DNA of 64,000 bases from Escherichia coli. GTDB lineage: Bacteria > Pseudomonadota > Gammaproteobacteria > Enterobacterales > Enterobacteriaceae. The stretch's first letter is position 1, and the number at the start of each line of letters is the position of its first letter. This document shows, in pieces, positions 1 through 8,344 of this stretch. The translations under genes were made by a program, and so were the position numbers. The stretch lies in the NCBI RefSeq assembly GCF_046105845.1, contig NZ_CP151004.1; one strand, written 5' to 3'. The notes beneath the pieces are model-generated. The model saw only the letters and a list, made by a program, of their open reading frames with translations. It was not told the DNA's origin and searched no databases.

Positions 1-205
1 TGTACACAGATGGTGCAATATGTTTGAAAAGATCGGAGTCTATGGGTTAGTTTTTATAGCAAACGTTGTTCTCAACGGCGCTAAAAAACAGACACATTAA
101 AAATGTGGGTAATTATTTTAAAAGAAAATCATATATTAAATAATAATACGAGATATGTTTTCATATTTAGTGTACTGTATACGGCCATTTATACAGGAAA
201 AGCCT

Positions 206-376
206 ATGTCAGAACGTAAAGACTCAAAATCACGCCGTAATTATCTCGTTAAATGTTCCTGCCCAAACTGCACCCAAGAGTCAGAACACAGTTTTTCAAG
301 AGTACAAAAAGGTGCCCTTTTGATCTGCCCTCATTGCAACAAAGTATTCCAGACAAATCTTAAAGCTGTAGCTTGA
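206..376 (+). CDS. Small zinc-ribbon protein (56 aa, two CxxC pairs), prophage moron of the YnfQ/YmcF kind
   Basis: ATG at 206 is preceded by AGGAAAA. Sequence is MSERKDSKSRRNYLVKCSCPNCTQ...ICPHCNKVF. It lies next to cspB as in Qin-type prophages. The family name is from memory only. Confidence 0.4.
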   Translation: MSERKDSKSRRNYLVKCSCPNCTQESEHSFSRVQKGALLICPHCNKVFQTNLKAVA

Positions 377-739
377 TTGATTTTATTCGTAACAAGTATT
401 TTTTATATTTTAATAACATATTTAAAGCAGATAATAAAAAACCCGCCTGAGCGGGTTTAATATTGTGGTACTTTTTGTGGGAGTCATCCACTTACGCACT
501 TTGTTTTGCTATGCCAGCAGTTAGCTTCTGCTGTAAAACTATTCATGCAGCAAACCTGCACTTCACCACAATGGTTAGCATACTTTTCCTGATTAAGTTA
601 TTGCCAAATATGCTGGCCATTGTTTCATGTATTGGACCTCCTTACTATTTATTAAAGAGATCCAATATTCACCACTCTGTCTGTATCTCCACTCAGGCAT
701 CAGCCTTCTTCGTTATCGTATACAGACAAACTATGAATT

Positions 740-955
740 TTAATCAGTAATTATGACATTTGCTGCTGCAGGACCTTTAGCACCACTCTCTACAGAGAAG
801 GTAACCTTTTGACCTTCAAATAAGGTTCGAAAATTATCATTCTGAATCGCAGAAAAATGCACAAACACATCTTTACTACCATCAACAGGAGAAATAAAGC
901 CAAAACCTTTATCAGCGTTAAACCATTTTACTAAACCAGTCATTTTATTTGACAT
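740..955 (-). CDS. cspB: Cold-shock protein CspB
   Basis: 71-aa [41 protein letters not shown]... with RNP1/RNP2 motifs KGFGFI and VFVHF. It matches my memory of E. coli CspB almost residue for residue. Confidence 0.9.
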   Translation of the reverse strand: MSNKMTGLVKWFNADKGFGFISPVDGSKDVFVHFSAIQNDNFRTLFEGQKVTFSVESGAKGPAAANVIITD

Positions 956-1255
956 TCTACATTCCTTAACTTGAGCCTTTCGGCATAAATGGCTTGTATA
1001 ACAGAAACGACTTCGTACTTAATTGGAGAGACTCAAAGAAGGAATAAGTGAATAACACCTGAAATGAGAACTGCTTTAGTAAACTACTTCGTATATCGTC
1101 TGTTCTTCAAACCGACGCAATCATTAACGCATAGTTGAACATATGAAGCAATGTTTATTTTAGACATCCAGCCATCTTCAACCCCATCAAAAAACTATAG
1201 CTTTCTTCAGGAACGTGTGTATAGTGCGCCCAGTTATCAGTATTAAGGAATTTTT

Positions 1256-1468
1256 TTGTCCCGTAAAATGACAGGAATTGTCAAAACCTTTGACGGCAAA
1301 AGCGGCAAGGGTCTTATCACCCCATCCGATGGTCGTATCGATGTCCAGCTTCATGTTTCAGCGCTCAATCTCCGCGATGCAGAAGAAATTACCACCGGAT
1401 TACGCGTGGAATTTTGCCGGATAAATGGTCTGCGTGGCCCTTCAGCTGCCAATGTTTACCTTTCATGA
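1256..1468 (+). CDS. cspF: CspF/CspH-type cold-shock-domain paralog
   Basis: 70 aa, [26 protein letters not shown]...[22 protein letters not shown] start lies 7 nt after AAGGA. It is divergent from cspB as in Qin. Confidence 0.8.
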
Positions 1469-1751
1469 GCTATATTAAAGCTTTAATTTCAGGCCCCATC
1501 GAATCAAACATGGAGAGTTTTCATGAATAACCCCGTCTGTCTTGATGACTGGTTGATTGGCTTTAAAAGCTTATGCTGTACTTTGACCGTAATAGCTCTG
1601 CTAATAATGTAATATGCAGACTCATTGTATCTAGGGACATAGTACTGGAAGAAAACATTTTAAACATCAGGCAAAGTCACCCGATAAATAATAAGTAAAC
1701 AAACATGAATCCCGGAATGAGATTCAACATCTCTATTACCCTATTTAAAGC

Positions 1752-1780
1752 ACAAAAACCCGCTCATCAGCGGGTTTTCT
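1752..1780 (-). terminator. tR-prime-like intrinsic terminator (bidirectional hairpin)
   Basis: AACCCGC-tcatca-GCGGGTT stem (1757-1776) with a T-run on the minus strand (A-run 1754-1758 on plus), about 65 nt downstream of the putative late promoter. Confidence 0.6.
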
Positions 1781-1823
1781 ACTTTTTCTTAACGTCGGGT
1801 ATATAAAGCCCATCGTTGAAAAA

Positions 1824-1852
1824 ATTTTATCCATATTTTTTGAAAAATGCAA
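1824..1852 (-). promoter_or_regulatory. Putative late promoter PR-prime just downstream of Q
   Basis: On the minus strand: TTGCAT (1847-1852), 17-nt spacer, TAAAAT (1824-1829). It lies between the Q stop (1884) and the hairpin terminator. Confidence 0.55.
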
Positions 1853-1883
1853 GCATTACGTCGCCATCTTCGGCGAAAATCAT

Positions 1884-2636
1884 TTATCTCGTCACTTTTC
1901 TTAATTGCACCTCAGCATATGCTTCTTCCTGCCAGCACTTTGTAACCAGTTTATCAATGACATCTGCATATCCTTTGTACCACTGATAATCAGTCAGGTC
2001 TGGTACCAGCTTCTGGACATGACACCGCGCCAGTGTCGTTGGTAAACGACTAAACCGGTTTCCATTGCAACGCCCACAAATCTTATAAACAGGCGCGCCA
2101 TGAAGCCGGGTCCTTTTTTCATCCAGGACAATACCTTTACCCTTACACCCTCTGCACGCTGTGCTGACTTCTCCCTTACCATGACAATGCTGACATAGTT
2201 CCTTCACCCACTCTTCCTTGATAACAGACTCCCCGCTTCTGGAGTATTTCACCACTTCGCGCAATACATTATGAAATCCAGTACCAGCACAAGGCTCACA
2301 GCGAGCCTTACTTGCCGCAGACCTGGAATAATCAGCAAAGGCAAAACTCACAAGGTAAGGGATGATCTGTAACCGGATTTCTTCACTCAATTTGTTCAAT
2401 GTCGGGTTATCCAGTGCCATCGCGTAATTGAGCAGACCTTCAATCGCAAACTGAGGATCCTGAACGCCAGCTTTTGCCAGGAATAAGGCAAACCCAAGCG
2501 GTGCTTTCGACTGCACCATCCCCTGCGCAGCCATCACATCCGTAATCGTTAAACCACCTGAGCCTGTCGCCGGTGCGGCATCACTCAATTTTGGAGATTT
2601 TGGGGAGTAATATTTTGGTAAGGCTTCAAGGTTCAT
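1884..2636 (-). CDS. Late-gene antiterminator Q (QuuQ-like, 250 aa)
   Basis: ATG 2636 with a GGAGAA SD (the ORF track extends 14 codons further). It has a Cys-rich zinc region CEPCAGTG...CQHCHGKG...CRGCKGKG...CGRCNG and sits directly upstream of PR-prime/tR-prime. Confidence 0.8.
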   Translation of the reverse strand: MNLEALPKYYSPKSPKLSDAAPATGSGGLTITDVMAAQGMVQSKAPLGFALFLAKAGVQDPQFAIEGLLNYAMALDNPTLNKLSEEIRLQIIPYLVSFAFADYSRSAASKARCEPCAGTGFHNVLREVVKYSRSGESVIKEEWVKELCQHCHGKGEVSTACRGCKGKGIVLDEKRTRLHGAPVYKICGRCNGNRFSRLPTTLARCHVQKLVPDLTDYQWYKGYADVIDKLVTKCWQEEAYAEVQLRKVTR

Positions 2637-2649
2637 GCTCGTTCTCCAC

Positions 2650-3645
2650 TTACGCCAGTACGCCAATTGCCAGCGCACGATCGATAAAACGAAATATCAG
2701 CTCCAGTTGGGAGCCATACTTCTCTTCAAATGTCACGGTATCCGCATGCAGCTCGTCGTGATGCTTTCTGCACAAAGGCAACACAAAGAGATCATGCGCT
2801 TTTGTACCCATTCCACCCTGACCGTGGCCTATCAGGTGGTGGGGATCATCAGCTGGCTTTCCACAACATGCGCACGGCTGCGTCTTAACCCAGCGCGTGT
2901 ACTTTTCATTAACCCAGCGGCGACGTTTGGGGCGTAACATAAAAGACTCCGGCGACTCCGGATCCACTTTCAGCGCCAGCACCTTTTTCGCTTTATCCTG
3001 GATGATGCTGGTGGCAGGAACCGAAGGCACAAGGTCACTTTCCCGGGTGACAGATGGCACAACAGGCTTCGGTAATCTCAGTGCCTTACGGGCTGCACTT
3101 TCCGGTAAGGCATCCGCCAAATCATTACGAACCAGCCACCAGCACAGTTCCGGCATTGTCACAACGTGACTGTCATCAAAACCGAGATCCCGACGCACGA
3201 CAGACAACACCCAGCGGGCACAGTTATCCGTTGCCATTGATTCCAGCCGTTCCGTGAACTGGTCACGCAGCTGGTTATCGCAGTGCCAGCACAGACGAAT
3301 TGCTCCCGGAGCGTGCCGCATTGTGGTCATGTTCTCGCTGTGCCAGTCGGAATGAGGCCACTGACAGCCCTTTTCACGAAGTAACCAGCTTTCAAGACAT
3401 TCCACGCCACCAGCACGACGGATCACTGCCTCATTGCGGAACACGGCCCGAACGGCAGGATCATCCGCCAGCGGTTGTGATGCCGCCGGAACGGCACCAC
3501 TGGCGAAAGATGAATAACGTTCCGGCTCAGGCTCCAGCAGGACACGCCCCTGCATAAACAGGGGCATCAGCTCTGAACCTGGCCTGAACAATACAATCCC
3601 CATACGCGGGGCAATTTCAGGGGTCAGTAGTGCTCTCACGGTCAC
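2650..3645 (-). CDS. DUF968 / YdfU-like protein with HNH-like C-terminus
   Basis: 331 aa. The C-terminal segment CACCGKPADDPHHLIGHGQGGMGTKAHDLFVLPLCRKHHDELH is an HNH-type motif. It occupies the same position as ydfU in Qin (memory). Confidence 0.7.
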   Translation of the reverse strand: MTVRALLTPEIAPRMGIVLFRPGSELMPLFMQGRVLLEPEPERYSSFASGAVPAASQPLADDPAVRAVFRNEAVIRRAGGVECLESWLLREKGCQWPHSDWHSENMTTMRHAPGAIRLCWHCDNQLRDQFTERLESMATDNCARWVLSVVRRDLGFDDSHVVTMPELCWWLVRNDLADALPESAARKALRLPKPVVPSVTRESDLVPSVPATSIIQDKAKKVLALKVDPESPESFMLRPKRRRWVNEKYTRWVKTQPCACCGKPADDPHHLIGHGQGGMGTKAHDLFVLPLCRKHHDELHADTVTFEEKYGSQLELIFRFIDRALAIGVLA

Positions 3646-3646
3646 C

Positions 3647-4444
3647 TCAATGAACGGTATCGAGCAGCTTTAACAGCTCAGGGAATCGGGATTCGAAGAA
3701 ATGCGGCTGCGTCTCGCGCGGATTTGCAGGACTGGTGATGTTCTTGCCGAACATGCAGCCTTTCGCCGTCAGCGACCAGAATTTTTTGATGTTGTTAATC
3801 GCGGTACGGCTGTATCGTTCGCGTTGTTCAACGATCCCCAGCTTCACCATCTGGTGATATGCCTGATTAGCCGTCAGGCGGATACCATACTGCCTCAGCA
3901 GTGCACTCAGAGACAGCGTGGGGCGACTTGAGCCATCGTGTGCATCAGCAGGAGCATCAATGGCATAGCGCGGTGCCAGATTCGGTAAGCCAACAGCCTC
4001 CTGGAGTTTCTGGCAGGCACCAAGCACTGAAGAGTTAGACAGGTTTAATTCCCGGCGCATAAAGTCCAGCAGAATCACACCAGCCTGCATCTTGTCAGCA
4101 GCCTGTCCGGATAATTTTTCCGGTGCGCTGGTTACCATGTCGAAAGTACGGATCACCTTCAGATGGAATGACGGGCTGATCCACATTGCATAGGCATACA
4201 CCAGTTCTTTGCAGACATACGTCCCCTGGTTATTTCCGCCACGAATAACGTTAACTGGCTCTATATTGACCGAGTTGCAAATCTGCAACTCGCTTATTAA
4301 ACGCTCAGTTTGCTCATTGCGGAGCCAGAATGCGGGCTTATGCTTATCCAGAGAACCAGCAGCCCTGTGCAGATCGTTCAGGCTGTAACGCCCATAAGCA
4401 TCACGACGAACTTCAATACCATCAATAACCATCAGATTATTCAT
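3647..4444 (-). CDS. KilA-N domain antirepressor-like protein
   Basis: 265 aa. The N-terminus MVIDGIEVRRDAYGRYSLNDLHRAAG...KPAFWLRNEQT...YVCKELVYAYAMWISPSFHLKVI is a typical KilA-N domain. Confidence 0.7.
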   Translation of the reverse strand: MNNLMVIDGIEVRRDAYGRYSLNDLHRAAGSLDKHKPAFWLRNEQTERLISELQICNSVNIEPVNVIRGGNNQGTYVCKELVYAYAMWISPSFHLKVIRTFDMVTSAPEKLSGQAADKMQAGVILLDFMRRELNLSNSSVLGACQKLQEAVGLPNLAPRYAIDAPADAHDGSSRPTLSLSALLRQYGIRLTANQAYHQMVKLGIVEQRERYSRTAINNIKKFWSLTAKGCMFGKNITSPANPRETQPHFFESRFPELLKLLDTVH

Positions 4445-4463
4445 ACTTCGTTTCTCCTCTTAA

Positions 4464-4853
4464 TCAGGCGGCTGCACCCGCCGTTTTCTCGTACTTACTG
4501 ATAGTGATCTCGACCTTCCCTTCCGGGATAACCGGTCCCCACTCCACCAGCATTCTTTTCACCTGACTGTCGTCTTCCCACACACCCGCGTGGGTCAGGG
4601 CGTCAAACAGCGCCTTGTTATAGTTGTCCAGATCGCGGATCCGGTTATCCGGAGGAAACAACACGATCTCCACTGAAGCAGGTGCCGACGTTGGTTTTGG
4701 CAGACGACGTAACTGCTCAAATATTGCTGCACACGCCGCGCTCTGGAATTTGCGCCCCGCCGCGCTTATCAGGCTCTTACCAGCAAACGCCCCTTTGTTG
4801 GGGTGTCGCCAGTACGTGTTCACGCTGGGCGGGAAAGGCAGGATCAGCTTCAT
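4464..4853 (-). CDS. rusA: RusA-family Holliday junction resolvase
   Basis: 129 aa, MKLILPFPPSVNTYWRH...RDLDNYNKALFDALTHAGVWEDDSQV (RusA signature). ATGA overlap with the upstream gene. Confidence 0.85.
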   Translation of the reverse strand: MKLILPFPPSVNTYWRHPNKGAFAGKSLISAAGRKFQSAACAAIFEQLRRLPKPTSAPASVEIVLFPPDNRIRDLDNYNKALFDALTHAGVWEDDSQVKRMLVEWGPVIPEGKVEITISKYEKTAGAAA

Positions 4854-5176
4854 ACTTTCAGGCCCCTCTCATGTAACCAGTGGGCTGCACGCAGTCTGGC
4901 GTTTTCCTCACCGGCAAGCAGTGCGCGGATAATCCCGGCTGCCTCGCTGTCGTCGTCCTTCACTGTGGTATGAAGCGTGATACCCCGGGCCACGCCACGC
5001 TTTATCGTGATGACGCCTTTTTTCTCCAGTGCGCGAAGATGCTCCACCGCTGCATTCACCGAACGGTATCCCAGCATGGCTGCCACCTCCTGATTGGTTG
5101 GCGGGAAACCACGTTCTTTCTGATAAGAAATCAGCATATCCAGCACCTGCTGCTGGCATTGAGTTAACGTCGTCAT
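4850..5176 (-). CDS. LexA N-terminal DNA-binding-domain-only protein (108 aa)
   Basis: From ATG 5176 (TAATG overlap with the upstream stop): MTTLTQCQQQVLDMLISYQKERGFPPTNQEVAAMLGYRSVNAAVEHLRALEKKGVITIKRGVARGITL. This parallels the LexA winged HTH. No Ala-Gly cleavage site or S24 Ser/Lys domain follows. Confidence 0.7.
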   Translation of the reverse strand: MTTLTQCQQQVLDMLISYQKERGFPPTNQEVAAMLGYRSVNAAVEHLRALEKKGVITIKRGVARGITLHTTVKDDDSEAAGIIRALLAGEENARLRAAHWLHERGLKV

Positions 5177-5664
5177 TAAGCCCACACGTAATTCCCTGAC
5201 AGATACCACTCATCACCCGATACAGCGCGCTTGCTGCTTTTCCGTAAGCACCGCTCACGGCGCGCCAGAAAATTGTTTCGTTCTGACTGGGAGTGGCTTT
5301 CACGGAATGCCGCCATCCACACGGTTGCAGCACGACGGTATAAGCCCCTGGACTCCAGTTCTTCAGCCTGGCGGGTCAGGCACAAAATTACCCGGGGATC
5401 GTTAGTGCCGACATAGAAATTGCGCACAGGTCTGGTTTCACGAACTGGTTGTGGTTCCGGCTCCTGCGCTCTCTCAGTCAGGCGCGGGAAATGTCTGCGT
5501 GTATTTCCTTCACAACGGTGAGCCACACGCCCACTCTGACGTAACTTGCTTGCTGACTGCAGAACGCGCTGCCGTGAGTAACCTGCAAAAGCATCTGCAA
5601 TGTCTCCGGAAGTACACCCCGGATGGGCTTCAATGAATTTCTGAACTTCATTCAAAAGACTCAT
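5176..5664 (-). CDS. Phage protein with PerC-like C-terminal segment
   Basis: 162 aa. LESRGLYRRAATVWMAAFRESHSQSERNNFLARRERCL resembles the PerC/Pch activator motif (memory). The N-terminus looks like a winged HTH. Confidence 0.45.
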   Translation of the reverse strand: MSLLNEVQKFIEAHPGCTSGDIADAFAGYSRQRVLQSASKLRQSGRVAHRCEGNTRRHFPRLTERAQEPEPQPVRETRPVRNFYVGTNDPRVILCLTRQAEELESRGLYRRAATVWMAAFRESHSQSERNNFLARRERCLRKSSKRAVSGDEWYLSGNYVWA

Positions 5665-5666
5665 GA

Positions 5667-6485
5667 TTACCCCCTGAATCCTGCCGGGATCTGGCTGTAG
5701 TCCACGTTGTCGTAACTGGCTTTGAAGTACGGGTCCTCGCGTCTGGCTGCAGATACCGCAGGAACTTCCCAGGATTCTTCGAAATGACGATCCGGACCAA
5801 AGAACGTGACAGCCTGTTTCACAAATTGTGTGCCGCTGTTACCCATCGCAGATACCCAGCCCGCGTAGCGTTTCACACCTTCCAGCATGGTTTCGGGTTT
5901 TACCCCCTCATTCAAACGGGCTTTCCAGGCTTTGAAGGCTGCAGATTTTGAATTGCCACCAGCACGTTTGGGGTATGCCAGCCATGCCTGCTCAAACTCC
6001 GGAGAGTATTCCGGTCGGTTTGAACGAACTCGCACAGACTCATCAGCAGATGCACCAACAGCTATTGGTTCATTGACTGGTTCTTTGACTGGTTCAAAAG
6101 AGTGACTGGTTCTGGGTGAATCTCCTGCACCACCCCCTGGTGCAACTCCTGCACTACCTGGTGAATTTGCTGCACCAGATAGTGAATTATTTGCACTACC
6201 CCCTAGTGAATCTCCTGCACCATCAAGATGAAGGAGATAGATATTACTTGAGTTACCTTTTTCACCTTTCCGGGTGACTTTTTTTACCAGCCCGGAATCA
6301 CAAAGGGCCGCAATATGATTCATCACAGAACGTTTGCTAATCTCGCACTGGTCAGCAATATGCTGGTAGCTGGGCCAGCACTCACCCTGATCGCTGGCAT
6401 TATCAGCCAGCTTGATCAGAACCAGTTTTCGCAATGGATTACCCACTCGAATTTTCATCGCTTTAACCATCAGCTCCATACTCAT
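5667..6485 (-). CDS. Replication initiator (O-like): N-terminal wHTH, repeat linker, DnaT-like C-terminus
   Basis: Start ATG 6485 (GGAGGT SD, ATGA overlap with the upstream ORF). It has an HTH segment ...SYQHIADQCEISKRSVMNHIAALCDSGLV, an internal iteron array, and ends ...SQIPAGFRG like host DnaT (...SQIPPGFRG). Confidence 0.7.
   Translation of the reverse strand: MSMELMVKAMKIRVGNPLRKLVLIKLADNASDQGECWPSYQHIADQCEISKRSVMNHIAALCDSGLVKKVTRKGEKGNSSNIYLLHLDGAGDSLGGSANNSLSGAANSPGSAGVAPGGGAGDSPRTSHSFEPVKEPVNEPIAVGASADESVRVRSNRPEYSPEFEQAWLAYPKRAGGNSKSAAFKAWKARLNEGVKPETMLEGVKRYAGWVSAMGNSGTQFVKQAVTFFGPDRHFEESWEVPAVSAARREDPYFKASYDNVDYSQIPAGFRG
6115..6224. repeat. Five 20-nt iterons (spacing 24-21-21-24 bp) inside the O-like gene: candidate phage ori
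   Basis: GGTGAATCTCCTGCACCACC (6115), GGTGCAACTCCTGCACTACC (6139), GGTGAATTTGCTGCACCAGA (6160), AGTGAATTATTTGCACTACC (6181), AGTGAATCTCCTGCACCATC (6205). They are flanked by three TGACTGGTTC repeats (6074, 6086, 6103) and an AT-rich stretch (6225-6290). Confidence 0.65.
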
Positions 6486-6718
6486 GCTGCACCTCCGAGA
6501 TGCTTCATGTTTTTTCCGGAGCAAAAGGCTATAAGCGGCATACTGATGCGGTAATTACGGCCCAGCGGTTCACAAATCACCTTCTGACATTCACGGTCAA
6601 CCAGGCTAACACGTAGAACATGCCCTGCAGGCGTGGTGTACCACTGCCCAACTGTAGGAATTGATGTTTTTTTACGCTGAAGCAAACGGCAAATATTGAG
6701 GATCAACGGATTAAGCAT
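6482..6718 (-). CDS. Hypothetical phage protein (78 aa), translationally coupled
   Basis: The ORF overlaps both neighbours: 8 nt with the upstream gene, and ATGA with the O-like start. I recognise no motif. Confidence 0.45.
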   Translation of the reverse strand: MLNPLILNICRLLQRKKTSIPTVGQWYTTPAGHVLRVSLVDRECQKVICEPLGRNYRISMPLIAFCSGKNMKHLGGAA

Positions 6719-7547
6719 GACGATGCCCTCCGCTGATATTCAGGAGACGGTGAATATGAAAATTAGCCTTATCCGCCAGACGAATACGTTCAGCCTGCAA
6801 GTTAAGAAGGGTTTCTACCAAAACCTGATGCGCCTGCGGATCCGAAAGAGTTACCTTGCGCAGAGCACGTAGTGCAGTTGTTACATAACTGAGTTTATGT
6901 AAGTCTTCATCATTCAGACGAGTGAGGGCTGGGACAGTAGCCATGATGGCAGCCTCCGATAACAGTGAATTACCTTCACCACCGGAAACGCCAATTTCGC
7001 TGGTGGTGAACTGAACGGGGTTGGCGTAACCGGCGTTATCGGAAACCGGCGCACCTTTCGGTGCCCCCGTCCAGCCCACCATAATTTGGGTGTGCACAGA
7101 CACAGACGATAAAAAAGACGCTGGCGCGTCATATATCGCCGATAACATTTCCAGGACGCCAATCCCGTCACCCGCTTTATAAGGTGCCTGAACAGTGTAA
7201 CGTCCCGGAATGGCAGAATCAATGTGCTGGTGGTCCTTCACACTCAACAAAATCACGCCTGAATTTCCACAAAGGACTAAAGCACTCATGCGGGTAGTCT
7301 TTGCGAAGATAGATAACGCGCTGTGTTTCTGGTTCCCAACGAATAACATGGACATAAAGCCCTCTTCCGTCACGAAACCAGCGGTTAAGTTCCCGCACAA
7401 CTCGCCCCCCACAGTCAGGTAAAGTTCTCTGTGGTTACTTACAGCCAGGTGATTTGGTAATCTGCATTCATGCCGTAACAACAGGTGTTCAGCGACACTG
7501 ACCACCAGCTGTTGCGACAAACGGTTATTTGCCGTTAAACTGTTCAT
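6711..7547 (-). CDS. Hypothetical phage protein (278 aa)
   Basis: ATGA overlap with the cII-like gene stop. I recognise no family. Confidence 0.6.
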   Translation of the reverse strand: MNSLTANNRLSQQLVVSVAEHLLLRHECRLPNHLAVSNHRELYLTVGGELCGNLTAGFVTEEGFMSMLFVGNQKHSALSIFAKTTRMSALVLCGNSGVILLSVKDHQHIDSAIPGRYTVQAPYKAGDGIGVLEMLSAIYDAPASFLSSVSVHTQIMVGWTGAPKGAPVSDNAGYANPVQFTTSEIGVSGGEGNSLLSEAAIMATVPALTRLNDEDLHKLSYVTTALRALRKVTLSDPQAHQVLVETLLNLQAERIRLADKANFHIHRLLNISGGHRHA

Positions 7548-8107
7548 GCGTTAGTTTCTCCACAGACACAAAACGCCACGACGCCCGGAGCTGCACACTC
7601 GCGGGCGTCACTCTTTTCTGGAGCGCAAAAGATTTTGTAGACCAGTGCTGCATGCTCTTGGAGCTTCGAAATTGACAGATACAACTCATCATTAATTGCT
7701 GTCTGCTCGTGTGGCTCCACGACCCCATCTTCGATTGCCGAACGAATCTGCTTTGAGTAATTCCCGATCTGTTCGATGACTTCCAGCAGGCGCTGGTTTA
7801 TATCGGCGTTCTCTACTTCCTCAATTTCAGGAAGCGATACGAACACCCCACCAGCAGACTGTGCGACAGCATCCGCAATGTAGTGAGTGTCAGCCGCGCG
7901 CTGTAAAACCATTGCCCATCCCAGCGGGAAAATCTGATCGCCATCGGCACGAAGGCGGTTAAATAATGCGTTCTCTGTTACATCCAGCCAGTCAGCTGCT
8001 TCAGCGTAACCACCCGGCAACGCTGCGATAGTTTTTCTGACAGCTTTCACGTACCACTCAGGCTGTTTTTCTACTTTCCAGTGATACTTACCCACGGTTA
8101 GCCTCAT
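7544..8107 (-). CDS. CII-type (phage 186 CP76-like) regulatory protein
   Basis: 187 aa, directly downstream of cro. ...LPGGYAEAADWLDVTENALFNRLRADGDQIFPLGWAMVLQRA... resembles the CP76/CII family (memory). Confidence 0.55.
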   Translation of the reverse strand: MRLTVGKYHWKVEKQPEWYVKAVRKTIAALPGGYAEAADWLDVTENALFNRLRADGDQIFPLGWAMVLQRAADTHYIADAVAQSAGGVFVSLPEIEEVENADINQRLLEVIEQIGNYSKQIRSAIEDGVVEPHEQTAINDELYLSISKLQEHAALVYKIFCAPEKSDARECAAPGVVAFCVCGETNA

Positions 8108-8138
8108 CGTTCTGTGGTTAAAAATTGAAGGTGTTCTG

Positions 8139-8339
8139 TTAATCTTTCGGATAGATATCCGGTCTTAAGTCAGATTTCGTAATTGCACCTGACGTGCATT
8201 GCTCAAGTTTTTTCGCCAGCACAAAACTGGCTTTTTTATAACCATTGAAAACCAGCCGTAAGTAGCCAGGTGTTGAGCCAACTTTTCCGGCCAACTCGCC
8301 CTGCTGTTCTTTGGTTAAAGAGTCCCAATACGCTTTCAT
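8139..8339 (-). CDS. Cro-like / YdaS-family small HTH repressor (66 aa)
   Basis: ATG 8339 with a GGAGG SD. MKAYWDSLTKEQQGELAGKVGSTPGYLRLVFNGYKKASFVLAKKLEQ... It is divergent from cI. The ORF-track N-terminal extension runs through the operator region. Confidence 0.7.
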   Translation of the reverse strand: MKAYWDSLTKEQQGELAGKVGSTPGYLRLVFNGYKKASFVLAKKLEQCTSGAITKSDLRPDIYPKD

Positions 8340-8344
8340 ACAAT

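Noticed and set aside
463-750. 95-codon ORF between the zinc-ribbon gene and cspB
   Set aside because: It starts inside a terminator hairpin region and overlaps the cspB 3-prime end. It has no SD and odd composition. The region is more likely the cspB 3-prime UTR.
1523-1612. 29-codon ORF ([29 protein letters not shown]) downstream of cspF, considered as a small membrane toxin
   Set aside because: It is too short to support from sequence alone, I recognise no homology, and the SD is weak (GGAGAG is 5 nt away but is also part of ordinary sequence). I left it unannotated.
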